DNA of 60,986 bases, the filler included, from Stramenopiles sp. TOSAG23-3 (lineage: Eukaryota), in the NCBI GenBank assembly GCA_900128585.1. It is 13 parts of 13 records of this genome, joined end to end, with 100 filler letters (N's around TTAATTAATTAA, not from the genome) between each part and the next. Parts side by side here need not be neighbours in the genome. Positions count along the whole stretch, not along the records: positions 56,404 to 60,986 come from LT643773.1; 12 more parts are not named here. One strand, written 5' to 3'. Positions 58,061 to 60,986 of this stretch are shown piece by piece (within the stretch, counting starts at the first letter, position 1; every line of letters starts with the position of its first letter). The notes beneath the pieces are model-generated. The model saw only the letters and a program-made list of their open reading frames with translations, did no database searches and was not told the DNA's origin. The position numbers and the translations under genes were made by a program.

Positions 58061-59152
58061 GCCCGTATTGTGCCAACAGATTGTGCACACACTCCCACTG
58101 TTTACTATTGGTGATGCTTGCGGGTGCCCTAGTTCTTCCTCTGCAACATTTTCATCTCTCAATAATTTAGTTCATCAAAATGGTTCTAATTTTATCTTTC
58201 TTAACAACAGCTATCGTAATGTAAATAATCACATGTCGTCTTAAAGAAAGAAACCGAATACGCGCGTCGTTACAACAATTCTCGCTCCTCACTTAAATTA
58301 TTTTTTCTTTTTTTTCTTCTTTATTACATCATATTAATAATAATTATTCCCACTTCTTTCTTCTTCTTCTTCTATCTTCTTCTTCTTCTTCTTCTGCTTC
58401 TTCTTCTTTCTTTTCTTCTTCTTCTTCTTTCTATTCTTCTTCCTTCTTCTCTTTCTTCTTCTTCTTTCTTCTTTCTTCTTCTTCTTTCTTCTTTCTTCTT
58501 CTTCTTCTTTCTTCTTCTTTCTTCTTCTTCTTCTTTCTTCTTTCTTCTTCTTCTTCTTTCTTTTCTTCTTTCTTCTTCTTCTTCTTTCTATTCTTCTTCC
58601 TTCTTTAAATGTAATTTTATACTATATAATAGTTGCTGTGACGAGTGACGACCGTGAAATAAAAATTACAAAATTATACAAAAAAATTACAAAATTACAA
58701 AATTATTAATTAGGTATGATCCTTCCTCGTAGACTAGATCTACATATTTATATTATTAATACAAGAACCACCACCACCAACTGCAACACTTGGTTGAGCT
58801 TTTCGTATTATAAAATAGCTATTTAATACATTCATATTAGTCTGCCAGCTTCAAGTACATGGTATTTATATTATTAATTATGTGATGATGATGAAATATT
58901 ATTTGGGTATATAGCTTATAATAATAATAAAATATTAATTCGCCATTTCCATTATCTTCTGGTTTCGGCCCTTGTAAATACGTTGCAAAGATTTGAGATT
59001 TGCTTCTGTAAGAGAATGTGCGTGGATTCGTTAAACGTTGAATGTGTTTTTTGTTCTATAGAGAGAAGTAACTGCTTTGTGGGTTCGTTTCGTTCGGTCA
59101 AGTTGTCGGTGGATAAGTACTCGTCGCAACTGCTGTGGGTTGCGAGGGGGGG

Positions 59153-59830
59153 ATGCAAAAGAAAAGCGTGGCCGTTGACCCACTCGACGAACAACGAATA
59201 TGCGGTAGTGACAGCCTGCATCAGTTAATTCATGACTTTGATGAGAGGAGAAAGGTAGATGCCGAAATAAATAATAGCGATTGGCGCTTAGGTGACGACA
59301 ATCATATGGATGGTCACTATTTAGGAAGTCGAGAGTTGCACGAAAAACTCCAAACACACCGAGAAGACGTCAAACTCCTTGGGGAGACTGACGGCTACAA
59401 CGTGCACTACCACCCGGAACTCCATGCTAGTTGGACATTTGGCGTGTATGGTGTTGGTAGCGAAGCACTCTGCCGAACGCATAACGAGCGACAGACGAAG
59501 CTGTTGAAATCGGGCGACGTCCGCTACAACAGACAAAAATGGAGAGAAGTGCAGAAAAGTGGGAAAATAGCAATTGGGGGTCGAACGTTGCCTGCTTTTT
59601 CCCCCATCAGGAAACGGCCGCGACCATGCGCCTTTTCAGAATCGTTTGTTATCCGTGATCGGCCTTCTGAACACGGCTACGAATTAACATGGGACGACCG
59701 TCATAAGACTGAGATAAGCAGCAGTGAAATTGAGTCGCGCCTAGCACGCCTAAACGTATCACCGGTTAAGAAAAATAGGAATTGGAGGTACAACGAGTCG
59801 TATTTTAGGAAGCAGTACGGTTTGTATTAA
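59153..59830 (+). CDS. Hypothetical protein
   Basis: About 225-aa ORF with coding-like composition between AT-rich flanks; no recognised motif. Confidence 0.6.
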   Translation: MQKKSVAVDPLDEQRICGSDSLHQLIHDFDERRKVDAEINNSDWRLGDDNHMDGHYLGSRELHEKLQTHREDVKLLGETDGYNVHYHPELHASWTFGVYGVGSEALCRTHNERQTKLLKSGDVRYNRQKWREVQKSGKIAIGGRTLPAFSPIRKRPRPCAFSESFVIRDRPSEHGYELTWDDRHKTEISSSEIESRLARLNVSPVKKNRNWRYNESYFRKQYGLY

Positions 59831-59914
59831 AAAGCATTTAAACAATTGTCAATTCCGATCGCATGAAGATAACAGTGTAGGCTAATTGACAGGAGAAAAT
59901 GGAGTAAGAAAACC

Positions 59915-60115
59915 ACAGGAGCAGAGGTAAATTCGCAGTACATGAAGGAAGTAAACGTTTACTGGGCGTAAAGAGCAGAAATAAATTCGCGGTACAGGAA
60001 GATATTTTTTTTTTTAAATACACTTTTCATTTTAATGACATAACCCAGCCAGTTATTTTGTTAAAACAAATTAACAAGATAACATTAGCCAATTTTTTGT
60101 TTTTAATTTAAAAAT
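59915..60115 (+). repeat. Copy of the dispersed 3'-intergenic element
   Basis: ggagcagaggtaaattcgcagtacatgaaggaagtaaac (~59918-59956), a second ttcgcggtac at 59986, and a degenerate motif B at ~60086. Lies between convergent genes. Confidence 0.75.
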
Positions 60116-60307
60116 ACAATAGTGTTTTTTAATAATTCCTGCTATGTTTTTTTTTTAAAACTATATCCCTGCTATGTTTTTATACTCGTAATTCTTAAGC
60201 TCTGGAAAGAGAAATTGACATTTATTAGATCAACGTGCCCAGCGGCCCTCGTCTCAACCGGGCCTGGTTCAAAAGGAAAGCACCACCTTCTCTCCCTCCA
60301 ATTTTTT

Positions 60308-60986
60308 TTAATAAAAATCGCGGTCCACGTCGTTCTGCCATCCCTCGTCCATCCTGTCAGATTCTGGGACACTCTTTGCCAGCCCAGAAGCGTCGTCGAC
60401 GTACTTTGTGATAGGCTGCACTTTGTCAAAAAACCTCTCCGTCATTACAAGGTCGTCGTCATCGTCTTCCATTGCATCAAACGAGCGCGATGTGGACTTT
60501 GAAATGGTCCCAGACCATAAGGTTCTTCCGGTATTCAGTACCTCTTTTTCGAAGAGGGACTTTCTTGGACCAATGTTCTTATTCTTGATCCTCACTCCAA
60601 GTTCTCCCCCAATGGTTGCCCTTACGCTACCAGACAGTTTGCCTTTCAAAGTCCCGGACGCGTCGGGATTGCCACCCCAAGGGTACGACGCTGATGCAGA
60701 CGCAGAACCTTCGAAGGTCACGGTAGTTACGGGCTCAATGGACCCTCGGGCAACGTTGTTGATGTCCAGCTCGATCTTCGCACCCAAGGAGACCTCCGCT
60801 TTCACGCTTGCGTCCGCGTTGACAGTTGGGGTAAATGCAGAAAAACTTGGAGTAAACTGCCCAATGCGCTTGAACACTCCGTCCTCGTACTCTACCCCGC
60901 CTACGACCTTAATGCTCCCTGTCATGCCGGCAGTGGCGGTCGCTGAACCTTGGAACTGGGCGCTGTACCCTGCCGTGACCGGCGCG
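60308..60986 (-). CDS. 3' fragment of a hypothetical beta-strand-rich protein
   Basis: Frame is open to the window edge; alternating hydrophobic and small-residue pattern; no recognised family. Confidence 0.6.
   Translation of the reverse strand, partial: APVTAGYSAQFQGSATATAGMTGSIKVVGGVEYEDGVFKRIGQFTPSFSAFTPTVNADASVKAEVSLGAKIELDINNVARGSIEPVTTVTFEGSASASASYPWGGNPDASGTLKGKLSGSVRATIGGELGVRIKNKNIGPRKSLFEKEVLNTGRTLWSGTISKSTSRSFDAMEDDDDDLVMTERFFDKVQPITKYVDDASGLAKSVPESDRMDEGWQNDVDRDFY

Noticed and set aside
1-60986. Alternative genetic code
   Set aside because: Conserved genes read through under the standard code, and TAA, TAG and TGA all occur as terminal stops (e.g. RRM1, PDE6D and ALG3 respectively).

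Overview
This is not one locus. It is 13 unlinked contigs of about 4.6 kb, ordered by decreasing length (4622 down to 4583 bp) and joined by artificial 100-bp N/TTAATTAATTAA/N linkers. The content is eukaryotic and fits a flagellated, probably bacterivorous protist (a stramenopile-like origin is my inference). Genes are GC-rich and nearly intronless, separated by very AT-rich, TTC-microsatellite-rich intergenic DNA. Recognisable housekeeping genes are CSN1, ALG3, RRP40, RPA2 (partial), PDE6D, IMP1, an axonemal dynein heavy chain (partial), RRM1, an ArfGAP and an MFS transporter. Four things stand out: (1) a predicted secreted two-enzyme peptidoglycan hydrolase fusing a phage-type GH24 lysozyme to an M15-like Zn peptidase; (2) a voltage-sensor-like membrane module fused to an RGS domain; (3) a CX5R phosphatase-asparaginase fusion; (4) an unannotated non-coding element (motifs TTCGCAGTACATGAAGGAA and TAAATAACAGCCAATTTTCTTGTTTTTAA) found on 8 of the 13 contigs, always just downstream of stop codons and once as a perfect 30-bp inverted repeat. 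All family assignments come from motif recognition by eye; no database search was run.
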